64,000 nt of DNA from NCBI GenBank assembly GCA_004764695.1, contig SMSO01000037.1, positions 1,588,747-1,652,746 of the forward strand. Reading direction: 5' to 3'. The first letter of the stretch is position 1. Every line of letters begins with the position of its first letter. Below are positions 52,469 through 62,387 of this stretch, piece after piece. The position numbers were made by a program, and so were the translations under genes. This DNA comes from Schizochytrium sp. TIO01 (lineage: Eukaryota; Protista; Bigyra: Labyrinthulomycetes). The notes below the pieces were generated by a model that was not told the DNA's origin, did not search any database, and saw nothing but the letters and a program-made list of their open reading frames with translations.

Positions 52469-53515
52469 GGTTTAAGTTATGCGTGGAGCTCTCTAGCCTT
52501 GTGTGGATTTCGGGTGTTGCACAGTCCTGTTCTGTGGGTGATTTTTGAAAAAGTGTTTTGGTCAGGTTAGTTTCTGTTTGTCTACACTCGTGTGGCACCA
52601 CGACATCTTTCTCAATCTGCATTGAAACACGAATCATCACCACTCGTTTGAAGGCGAAGGCGAGCAGTGCTTGCAGATTCTATCTCCATGTCGCTCTTCA
52701 ATCTGGCAGAGCAACATGTATATCTTATACCAACAAGGTACGAACGAGCGAAGCCCGGGTAACGAATTCTCCTCGTCTCGCGTCCCTGGCACTGCAGAAC
52801 CTTGCGTGAAGGGCCAAAGCAGGTTGGGGACCTCATTGACGCAAGGTGACCCTTACATTCAACTGGGTAGTGCTTCAGAACCATCGTCGATACTCACCTG
52901 TTCACGTGTAAATCGTCAAGGTCGGAGAAGAAGATTTGCATATTCTTTTCTTGAAGAAGAAGAAAAGAAAAGAAGAATCCCTCAAAGAAAGAAAGATTGA
53001 AACTAAAGAAAGAAAAGTTCCTAAGTATCTATTACTACTTACTATTGTACACTAAGAAGCTTGCTATCTCGAATTACTCTTCTGCTCTCTAGAGTACCAT
53101 AGCAACACGTGGGTAAAGATTTTTTGACTAGTAGGAGGAGAGAGTAAGACAAACTGAGGATTTTGGGGCCTTTGAGCGCCGAAAAAGATTGTGCGTTATG
53201 GATAAGAATTCCTTCCCAAACTTTATACATCTGGCAAAGTGGGGGATAGTAGCACTGGTTTCAAACTTTCATAGAGGCGCACTGCGAGGATGTTCAAAAG
53301 TAGAGCAAGAAATTTATGAACACGTGTGAAAAAAGTAAAGTACTGAGATTTGTAATTCGGATGAGAGAGATGCAGGTGGAATGGAACCTTCAAAACCAGA
53401 TTTTTATTAAATGGACTCACACTGGCTATGCAATGGGTTGACGTGGACAGTGTGGCGCTGAGCTTTATTCATGGACCTGTTTAGTTTTAGAAATGCAGCA
53501 CTCAGATTGAGATAA

Positions 53516-54415
53516 TCAAAGTCTAGAATTGATTGCCTTTGGTTTCTTTTTGTTACGGAGACTCTTAAAAAGATCTTTTCCGCCAAATTCATTGATAGAG
53601 AGTTGAATTTGCTCATTCTCCATGAGAAGGTGTTCATCCAACTTTTGCCTGAGCTGATAATTGAGAACCTTTTTTGAAATAGAGAGCTGGTTAGCAGGCT
53701 TAGAAGCGAGCTTGTCTGCGATTTCCAAAGTTCGGGGAAGGAGCTGTACTGGAGATACTACATCGTTAATGAGACCCCAAGACTCTGCCTTCTCAGCAGT
53801 TAACCAGTCTGTGGTGTAGATAAGCTCCTTAGCACGAACAGGTCCAACGACAAATGGAAGCACAAGGGAGGAGCTCAGCTCTGGCGTGAAGCCGATATCA
53901 ACAAATGGCCACTTAAATTTTGCATTTGTACTGCACACGACCATGTCAAAGTAACATAAGGCAATGTTTGCGCCCCCGCCTACAGCAATCCCATTGATAG
54001 CCCCGATGATAGGTTTAGGAAAATCCCAAAACGCCCTTGACTCTCGTGTGAATGCGTTATCTGTCTTCAGGTTGGGAGTTAAACCCCGACGACCATACTC
54101 CATAAATATATCTTCTGGAATATCAGGCTTATCGCTGCCACCTAGCGATGCTCCACTGCTAAATGCTCTTTCACCTTGGGCCGTCCATACTACAACTTTG
54201 ACATTAACATCCCTTCGACAGTGCTCCAGCAAGATAAACATTTCCTGGCGTGAGACAGCCGTCAGAGCATGCAAAGTTTTGGGTGTGGCAAATCGAACAA
54301 TGGCAACACCATTTACTCTCATCTCAAAAGTAAACGCCTGAAGGTTGTACTCTACTTTCGAGCCATCCTCACGATACAAAAACACCTTCGTTGCCTCTTG
54401 CGAAAAGCTATCCAT
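53516..54415 (-). CDS. Peroxisomal enoyl-CoA hydratase/isomerase (crotonase family; delta3,delta2-enoyl-CoA isomerase-like), 299 aa
   Basis: AFSSGASL, FPKPIIGAINGIAVGGG, PFVDIGFTPE, AKELIYT and AEKAESWGLINDVV; C-terminal PTS1 tripeptide SRL after a basic stretch. Confidence 0.92.
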   Translation of the reverse strand: MDSFSQEATKVFLYREDGSKVEYNLQAFTFEMRVNGVAIVRFATPKTLHALTAVSRQEMFILLEHCRRDVNVKVVVWTAQGERAFSSGASLGGSDKPDIPEDIFMEYGRRGLTPNLKTDNAFTRESRAFWDFPKPIIGAINGIAVGGGANIALCYFDMVVCSTNAKFKWPFVDIGFTPELSSSLVLPFVVGPVRAKELIYTTDWLTAEKAESWGLINDVVSPVQLLPRTLEIADKLASKPANQLSISKKVLNYQLRQKLDEHLLMENEQIQLSINEFGGKDLFKSLRNKKKPKAINSRL

Positions 54416-56072
54416 CGTCTCTCTGAGTATTTAAGTCTGGAAGTCTCGCTAGATTAAGTTTATCCAGAACCTCTGTGATTGTGAGCACTGTTGGCTCGCC
54501 AATCTCTTGCAGTTGCGCCTTCCCTGGCCTCCAGGCCTCCCTTCAGATTTCGCCTGAGTGAACTAAGTGGCAACGTTCGGGTTTTGCTTTCTTACAGCGC
54601 CGAAACAAAACATCATAAGGGGGGCGGACTCAAAGATAGAGAACCAGAACACTTCCTCCATTTTGATGACTGTGAGTCTTCAGTAAAATCTGAGCCAACT
54701 TGAGTACCTAGTGCCCATAAACCATGTGCAGAACAAGAGGTGTTACTTGAACCATTTTTGACATGAAGTAGCCCAGAAGAAGAATATCAAAGGTAGCTTT
54801 AGTTACTGTGATTATCCGAATTCTATCGAGTTATCATCTACTTCACAAATTATTCCCAACTCTTTGCTACTTGAATTCAATTACTATTCTACTGTTCTTA
54901 TTTGGCCTGGGTACCTACATATATATATAGGACAAAACCAAAAGCAAACCAAAAACCAAAAATCAAAAACCAAAACATGACTAGTCTGTGTTCTTTTGTA
55001 ATAATACATAGTCAATGTCATAACAAAAACTTTAAAGACTACTAAGCTTTGATAGGATAGGTCAGCATTCCTAGCTGCATAGTATATGTTACGTACTTCA
55101 TAGTACTTACTTTTTTTTATTTTCCCACACTCAATAAGTCTTAAACTTTAAACTGCTTAGATAGACCCCTAATGTGGGTACCTAGGAAATAATAATAGTA
55201 GGAGACAACTTAGTACAGACTACTAATGGACTTTAAAATTAAAAACAGTAAATACAGCCCTCAAAGAAACGAAGATCACATCCATACGCATATTTATATC
55301 CACCGAGCGAGGAGGCCGCTGCACTCGCGCGGCACTGGCGACAGCGCTGCTAGCGGTACCGGGCCGTGAGCACAGGCCTGATCATCCCTCAGTACGCTGG
55401 GAACTCGCGCTTATCGCTGACCGTGCGCCTCCCAAGAAGGCTTGCAGGCTGCGAAGGCGTCGTGAGCCCAAGTCTCTGCTCCAACTCATCTCTTATTAGT
55501 AACTACTATTGTGTAAGTAGCCTAAACATTGATAGTACAACCACTATTCGACAAATAACTCGCATAAGGCTAGTGCTAACGGGACACTCTTATTCGATAT
55601 CTACGGGTATCAATAGGAGTCTATTCTGGAGATTGATTAATTAATCGATTCATATTGTGGAGCAGAGGCGTCGGCAGTGCCTTGGTTGAATTCGCTTCTC
55701 TTGGCTTCGGAAAAGTTCTTCGTTTGGTTGGAAGCACCCAGTGCGAAGGCGGAGGAGGCGATCCCGATAGGCTACTTGTTTAATTGATTGGCATCGACCA
55801 GTTAAGTGCATTGCAATTGAAGGGGAATCGCGAACCTATCAATTCTTGTGGGCTGCAAGGCTGAGATAACCTTCAACTGGTTTGACGAATTTATATGTAG
55901 ACACCTTCACCGTAGCAGGACGTGGCATTAACAAAGGTAATAAGCATAAATTAAGCTTAATCTTGAGGTGTACGGCCTAAGAGGAGTCAGTACCGCCAAG
56001 GTATATTAATACAGGCGCAAGGGGAAAGAAGAAGCGACAGCGATCACGGTTTATTGTATTTTAGATTGCAAG

Positions 56073-59000
56073 ATGAACATGGACGATATGGAGCTGCTCG
56101 ACGTGGACTTTTCCATGACAAAAGAAGAACAAGAGCTTCTTGAAGCTGTTGAGGCTGATGGTGAATATGGTGAAAACGTTTTTGAAGATTCTTTGGATCC
56201 AAACCTTGCTTTTGATGCGCATTCCCGCCCTGGCGAAGACGATGATCTCGATATGCTTGACGACACGCACGCAAAAGATGAAAGTATCGAGCAACCACTT
56301 CAAAACCTTGCAGTCGATATAGCTCCTCCAGCTAGCTCAATCGATGACAATAAAACTGCTGCCTTCCGAAGTCAGCATGAATCCCTCACAAATTTCCCTA
56401 AAAGTGGTAAATCTTTGAAGATGCCAAACTCCTCCTCTTCCTCCTCTTCCTCTTCCTCAATCACTATTAAACCTGAAGAAATTGAATCTCTCCGCAAATT
56501 AGAACCTGTTATGGGTTTTAACTTGCAAATTGATGCTGCTCGTATCACCAGAAATGTTGGGGAGGCTAATGATGAAAGCACTTGGGAACCTTCAGACTCA
56601 GTCCACGCAATTTTGGAAAGTGCTGACGTTTCAACAAAAGATTCGCCAAGCTCTTCCGTTGCGCTTGCTGAAGCAGAAAAGCGCTTTACAGATATTATTA
56701 CTACTAGTTCTGATCCTTCTATCAAAGAATATGCTGACGGTGTCTTGCAATGGCGGACACGTGGGGCTGGACTCTTAGAGGTAGCAGCAACTCGAGGCTT
56801 TGTTCCTGCTCCAGCAGTTGCATCTTTAGTCTACGATTTTGTACAAAACGAGGAGATGAAATCTGTCCCATTATGCTTTGTTCCAGAAATTGAAGAACTG
56901 CTTAAAAATGTGAAAGCATATCAGGCTTGGGTTCGGGAATATCAAAACATCTTACCATATTTTCGAACCTCTCGTGCTGGGCGAAGAGGCACGAGGTCCC
57001 ATGATATTCCTAACTCCAAAAGAATGTCATGGGAAAGGTTTTGCGTAATGAGAGAAAGGGTTAAAAACGAGTTTCCATTACTTGATAGTGAACATTTGCG
57101 AAACCTGCGATCATTATCATCATTGGCAACCAGTTTAGCTGATGCAATTAGTGATGTGGTTGAGCGCTCCGGAGGTGCTTACCCTGCACGCCCTAGTTCC
57201 CGTGTCTTAGAACAACATTATCAGGAGGTAGACGAGAAATGCATTGCTATTGACGATATTCCAATCCTTGTACGAGGAGCTACTGACTTGATTCGATTGT
57301 GCAAAATGCGTAAATGGAGGCAATTAGCAAGGCGTAGCCTTTTACATCACAACTCTCGAGGGGCTGTGTCTTCTCTTGACGACGGAGCGGACGAGGAAAT
57401 GGTGCGTGCTAAATTAGTCTGGGCGGACCCAGGCGACCTTGCCATTGAAGACCTACAGGAACTTCATGATCTTGGCTTAGCTTGTGGAGCATTCCAGCGG
57501 GCTCCTACGGTTCCATTCTCCGGCAAACATCATCTTGTTTCAGAGTGCAAGGAGGAGCAGGTTCTTACCGAACGTTTGAGTGATTTGCGGGCGAAAACTG
57601 ATATTGCTCAGAAGAAGTACACTGATACTTTCCAGAAAATTGCTGAGATCTATAAACTACCTGAACGAACAACCGACAACAACTCTGCGGGCCATGTAGA
57701 CCGTTATAAGGGACCATCTGACGAAAGTGATGAAAATGCTATGGATATGGTTCAAGAGCTTTTCAGAATTGAGGAGTCATCATCTGGTATGTGTAGTGAA
57801 GCTGGAACTGGTCCAAAACAGGGACGGCACAGCAGCCACGTTCAGCATCTTGTTTGGTTTCCTGAACGTAACCAGGCTCATGTGCTGCTTGCATGTCTGC
57901 AATGGTACAAGATTTCGAAACCTCTCTTGGGTGAAATTCGACCAATACTCGAGGCTTGCATTACTGAAAACACTGAAGGTGCGCCTAGTAGAGAAATTGG
58001 AGAGTCCTTAGAAAAGCTGGAAACTGTCCTGCGTAACGGAGAAGAGGTGGGTCTGGGCTCAGCAAATCAAGCCAAAGCCCTGGCCCACGTTGGCGCAGAT
58101 CAGGATCGTGATGCAATTGGGGCTGCGCGAAGCTGCATAGAGTTTTTGGTTGAAGAGTATCATCTCGCAAAAGTTCTGTGGAATCGGGTTGACACAAAAC
58201 TTGCTTACGAAGTGGAGCGCTGGCGGCGCTCGCTTAAAGGTCATATACTTGAAGTCGAATGGGAGGAAAATGATTGGTATTTAGCTAAGGTTGCAGAATA
58301 CCGAAATCTCGATAAACTTCATTTTCTGGTGTATGACACTGGTGAAGTTGAAGCTATTCTTGTGAAGTGGGATGGCGAGGCACTATCAATGGATGGCCAA
58401 GACCGCATTGTGTGGCGTGAGGCACCACCTGATCGTGAATTTATAGTTTCAGCAGAGCAAGAAAAGGAGTTCAAAAAGCGCATTCGAAGCATGGTGCGGG
58501 AGCTTGACCGGGCCCATGCCAAGGCTCGTCGGAAAAATCCTAAACTGACCGATGCTCAAGATGGCGACCAAGATTCGTTGAGGATGGATACTGCGGGAAG
58601 AAATTTGAAGAATGGATCAAATGAGCAAGATCATATGTTGGAGAGGAACGTCGACAAATCACAGGAGGACAAGTCCCACGATGATGATGACGATGTCATG
58701 CAGAATGCATCCTCTTTCGAAGACCTTATTGTTGGTGATTTTATTAAAGTTGAATGGAAAGATGAATTTTGGCTCGGTGTTGTTCGAAAATTTGATAAGG
58801 AACATGGTTTGCACTGCGTGCTGTACGAGGATGGGAACTCTGAATATATGCGTCTTCATGAAGATGGTACAGCGCAGTCAAAAGATGGCGCAGAATCATT
58901 TTCATGGATCAATACCTCTGAGTCCTTCCACGTGAAGAAGAATGAACCCATTCCTGAGTTCCAAGAATCTGGGTCTGATGAGGAGGATGAGGACGGAGCC

Positions 59001-61982
59001 GAAGTAGGCGAGCAACAGAGTAATATTGAAGATAATATTGACGATGAAAATGTCAGTAAAGCCACACCTGTTTCAAGAGCCGAAGGCAATGAACAGGACA
59101 ATGAGGACGGGGAGTCTTCCCCCTCTGCCTCTGCTACAAAGGGTAGCCATGAGGAGGCTGGGGCAAGCGAAGATGAAGAGAACGAGGAGGAGGCTGATGA
59201 CAAGCTTGATGGAGAGGAGCAGTTACTAGGTCGCGGTAAACGTAGGAGGAGCAGTGTTGTTTTGTCTACTTCTTCAATAAAAAGACGTCTTCGCTCTGGA
59301 TCGCCTGGCAAGACTCAGCAAATCGAGAACATTACGAACAAGACTGAGAATAAGAAAGAAAAGAAACGCAAGTCTAAAGACAAGGAAAAGAAAAAGCGTA
59401 ACAGCAAAGACAAGGAGAAAAAATCGTTGAAGAAGTCAAGCGGACGTCAGATTATCCGCAAGGTACCACTTTCTTCCGTGGAGACCATGAAAAGATTACC
59501 ATCACAAGGTGGTAACGCAGTTGACCCAGCAGACTGGTTAGCACATATTCCTCGTGCAGGCGACCCTGCATCTAAAGATAGCGTGCTCGAAAAGAAACGC
59601 AAGTTGGGCCGTAAAGTGATTCGAAAAATAATCCAAGGTGGTATTACGGGCCCGCAACTTGCGGGAACTTCGGTGCTTGTGAGCATGTTATCTCGTGATG
59701 TGGAGAAAGCTATCTTTGTGAAATGTAACTTCTACTACTGGGATGAGCCTTCAACAAGATGGCGTCGTCGTGAGAATGCCAATATTGATTATGGGCAAAT
59801 GGTGCGTACAATCTGCACGAACTTGAAACAGAATGAGTCTTTGCTTAGGTCACTCGTCAACCGTGACCTGACCCCTACAAAACTTGTGCATATGAAAACC
59901 TCCGAACTTGCCGTTGAAGCTGTCCGACGCAAATTCGAACGCGAGGTCCAGCAAGTACGTCAGTCCAAGGTGGTAATTCCTACAAATGTTGTGGTCAGTT
60001 CCAACTTTGACAAGAAAACTCGTGCCTCAGAGAAACAAATACAAGACGAGGTAGCATCTTCAGAAGATCAAAGTTTGGCTAAGGCTCCCGCTCAGACTAA
60101 TTCACTCAGTTCTTCTCCTATTTTACCGGTGGCAAATGGCGATGAGGCAAAGCAAGACCACATTAAGCCTGCAACGAAATCCAGTCATCCGATTGACCTC
60201 AAGATTGCGGAAGCATATAAAGCTGAGACACAAGCGAGATTGCTTTCGCAAGAAAACAGATTCACGAAACTAAAACGTGCTTCATCTGTTTCAAATGCTG
60301 AGGCCTTGCCTTCTTTGCGGGAGGTGCTTCGAGAAGCCACTGAAAAGAGTACTTACAACGACAATGAGGAAGACAATGGTGGCGTAGCCAACATTAGCGA
60401 ATCTACAGCCACCTCCGAGAAGCTACAACGGAAGACGTGGCAAGGGAGATATCGGCACGAAAAGACCATTTTTACCCTCCGTCCCGACTCTGCCATCTAT
60501 GGGCCTGGAATTTCATTGCGGAAGAGGATTTTACCTAGTGTGATGCTAGGTACTCTTGGGCGTCAAGGTCAGAATCTACGCTTGCATGGTAACATGAAAC
60601 CTGAGAAAGTGTTAACTTATTTGCGTACAGTCGAAACACACCCACAATCCTCTCGACAATTCGTTGTGGCAGAGATGCAGGCTGGATCATCAAATGGCAC
60701 TTCGTTATGGAAAGAGTTAGTCAAATTGGATCGTGTTGGTATTGTAGAGTTCAGCAGCGGGGTTCAAGCGTATCTTATTCCTCCGCGTATGGTGTCTCAG
60801 TTCCCGCAAGTTCGGCCGTACATCCGCGATACAAACATGGGCGCTGCGGTAATTGTTGTGAAACCAGCTTCTATGCCAAATTTAACAGCACTTCTCTCGT
60901 GCTCGCCGCTCGAGATCGAGTCGGACCCGAAAACCCATGTTGGGCTTAAACAGGGGGACAAACCACAAAGTGGACCGTTTTCTACTGGTGGCACTGATCC
61001 TAAAAAGCCTTTAATGAACACTCGCGACCTTGCAGATCTTGTGAAGCGAGCTAAACGTCAGATGAAAGAGCCTTCTCTTCACACGAATTCTAACTTTGAC
61101 TTAGAGAAAGCAGAACATTCTAACACCCCTGTCTTGGTTGGCGGGGCTCAGCCTCCTGGTTTGCCACTGATTCCGCCACAGATGGCACAGTCATCTCCGG
61201 GAGCATTGCCACCTACTCTTTCAAGGTCTCCTGTGGCTCTAGTACCTCCTATTATTCCTTCACCTCCACCCAGTGCATTGCCACCTTCGATACCTCAACC
61301 CCCACTCGGAGTAATGCCTCCCTCAGGTCCCCCGAGTCTCCCTTCAGCTGCTGGCTTACAAGGGCTTTTGTCGTCTCTTCGTAAGTCGAGCCAGGTTCAA
61401 AAACAGAGCTCAGAACAGAGTTCGCACTCGCCTTCCGGTCATCCGAATTCGCGTGTGGCGGGATCATTGGAGTCAGATACTTACAAGTACTCTCGTCAAG
61501 GTAGTCGGGAGATGGATTCAAATACTACTGGTACCGCACACTCTGACCAACAGCATCATGGTTATTCACGCTCCGGCCCCTCAGACGCGGAGCGAGACTT
61601 TATTGCACAGACTGCGTCATATTGTACGCAGAATCAGGCACACGATGGCCCGAGTGCTTACCATCTACTTTCGCATCGTTTGCACGAATATCCATTTGCT
61701 AGACATGACCATTCTGACCATGGTGTTTTTCTGCATTATTTGAAATACTATGGCGAAAATTCTCCTACCAATGCTGTTCCTCCCTCAAACCCACGACAGT
61801 ATAGCCAACGTAGCGGATATAATCAGCATCAGCAACACCAGCGACAAGGTCAATATCGTGGTCAGCATTACAACCATGCCCAGCAATTTCAGCCGCATCA
61901 AGGTAACGGGCGATATCAACAGCCCAATCATCATCCACGCCAGCAACAGTTTCCAAATCACCAGCCCCGCCATCGCTATTAA
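56073..61982 (+). CDS. 1969-aa nuclear protein with two Tudor-like domains, a TFIIS central domain, a SPOC domain and a SURP-like domain (PHF3/DIDO/Bye1-like)
   Basis: Tudor-like GHILEVEWEENDWYLAKV..HFLVYDTGE and GDFIKVEWKDEFWLGVV..HCVLYEDGN. TFIIS-M YGQMVRTICTNLKQNESL..LTPTKLVHMKTSELA. SPOC LHGNMKPEKVLTYL..DRVGIV..AYLIPP. Lys-rich NLS-like tract; Pro- and Gln-rich tail. Confidence 0.85.
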   Translation: MNMDDMELLDVDFSMTKEEQELLEAVEADGEYGENVFEDSLDPNLAFDAHSRPGEDDDLDMLDDTHAKDESIEQPLQNLAVDIAPPASSIDDNKTAAFRSQHESLTNFPKSGKSLKMPNSSSSSSSSSSITIKPEEIESLRKLEPVMGFNLQIDAARITRNVGEANDESTWEPSDSVHAILESADVSTKDSPSSSVALAEAEKRFTDIITTSSDPSIKEYADGVLQWRTRGAGLLEVAATRGFVPAPAVASLVYDFVQNEEMKSVPLCFVPEIEELLKNVKAYQAWVREYQNILPYFRTSRAGRRGTRSHDIPNSKRMSWERFCVMRERVKNEFPLLDSEHLRNLRSLSSLATSLADAISDVVERSGGAYPARPSSRVLEQHYQEVDEKCIAIDDIPILVRGATDLIRLCKMRKWRQLARRSLLHHNSRGAVSSLDDGADEEMVRAKLVWADPGDLAIEDLQELHDLGLACGAFQRAPTVPFSGKHHLVSECKEEQVLTERLSDLRAKTDIAQKKYTDTFQKIAEIYKLPERTTDNNSAGHVDRYKGPSDESDENAMDMVQELFRIEESSSGMCSEAGTGPKQGRHSSHVQHLVWFPERNQAHVLLACLQWYKISKPLLGEIRPILEACITENTEGAPSREIGESLEKLETVLRNGEEVGLGSANQAKALAHVGADQDRDAIGAARSCIEFLVEEYHLAKVLWNRVDTKLAYEVERWRRSLKGHILEVEWEENDWYLAKVAEYRNLDKLHFLVYDTGEVEAILVKWDGEALSMDGQDRIVWREAPPDREFIVSAEQEKEFKKRIRSMVRELDRAHAKARRKNPKLTDAQDGDQDSLRMDTAGRNLKNGSNEQDHMLERNVDKSQEDKSHDDDDDVMQNASSFEDLIVGDFIKVEWKDEFWLGVVRKFDKEHGLHCVLYEDGNSEYMRLHEDGTAQSKDGAESFSWINTSESFHVKKNEPIPEFQESGSDEEDEDGAEVGEQQSNIEDNIDDENVSKATPVSRAEGNEQDNEDGESSPSASATKGSHEEAGASEDEENEEEADDKLDGEEQLLGRGKRRRSSVVLSTSSIKRRLRSGSPGKTQQIENITNKTENKKEKKRKSKDKEKKKRNSKDKEKKSLKKSSGRQIIRKVPLSSVETMKRLPSQGGNAVDPADWLAHIPRAGDPASKDSVLEKKRKLGRKVIRKIIQGGITGPQLAGTSVLVSMLSRDVEKAIFVKCNFYYWDEPSTRWRRRENANIDYGQMVRTICTNLKQNESLLRSLVNRDLTPTKLVHMKTSELAVEAVRRKFEREVQQVRQSKVVIPTNVVVSSNFDKKTRASEKQIQDEVASSEDQSLAKAPAQTNSLSSSPILPVANGDEAKQDHIKPATKSSHPIDLKIAEAYKAETQARLLSQENRFTKLKRASSVSNAEALPSLREVLREATEKSTYNDNEEDNGGVANISESTATSEKLQRKTWQGRYRHEKTIFTLRPDSAIYGPGISLRKRILPSVMLGTLGRQGQNLRLHGNMKPEKVLTYLRTVETHPQSSRQFVVAEMQAGSSNGTSLWKELVKLDRVGIVEFSSGVQAYLIPPRMVSQFPQVRPYIRDTNMGAAVIVVKPASMPNLTALLSCSPLEIESDPKTHVGLKQGDKPQSGPFSTGGTDPKKPLMNTRDLADLVKRAKRQMKEPSLHTNSNFDLEKAEHSNTPVLVGGAQPPGLPLIPPQMAQSSPGALPPTLSRSPVALVPPIIPSPPPSALPPSIPQPPLGVMPPSGPPSLPSAAGLQGLLSSLRKSSQVQKQSSEQSSHSPSGHPNSRVAGSLESDTYKYSRQGSREMDSNTTGTAHSDQQHHGYSRSGPSDAERDFIAQTASYCTQNQAHDGPSAYHLLSHRLHEYPFARHDHSDHGVFLHYLKYYGENSPTNAVPPSNPRQYSQRSGYNQHQQHQRQGQYRGQHYNHAQQFQPHQGNGRYQQPNHHPRQQQFPNHQPRHRY

Positions 61983-62387
61983 AGTCTGAAGAGACGTATC
62001 AATAGCTTTATTGAGATGGAATCCTGCATTTTAAAACAAAATAGCGCCAAGTCATATTTCATTTCTCATTAGATGAGAGATATAGCCTGAAAGGAATTAA
62101 TAATCTTAATCTTATCTAATTTTCTTGATTTGATCATTGTATTTCCATTTAGAAGAGTAAGCTGTACGGCAGTGAGTAAGTTCTGGAGAGTTACAATAGC
62201 AAAGGTGACTTTAATTATTTAAAAGTGGCCTAGTCGATGTTTTCTGTCAGTTCTTGATGCTGCAATGGCGCTGCCATGCTTTCTTGTTTTTATTTTTTTT
62301 CCTCTTCGGACTGAACTCGATTAGCTAGCTAACAGCTTTTTGAAAAACCTACTGAGAGACGCCTGGCTGTTCATCTGGTTGTCGGTT

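Noticed and set aside
55848-55890. gggctgcaaggctgagataaccttcaactgg resembles the 5' half of a TPP riboswitch (GCUGAGA)
   Set aside because: The downstream CUGAU...AUAAU...GCG.AGGGA elements are absent and the adjacent gene is unrelated to thiamine.
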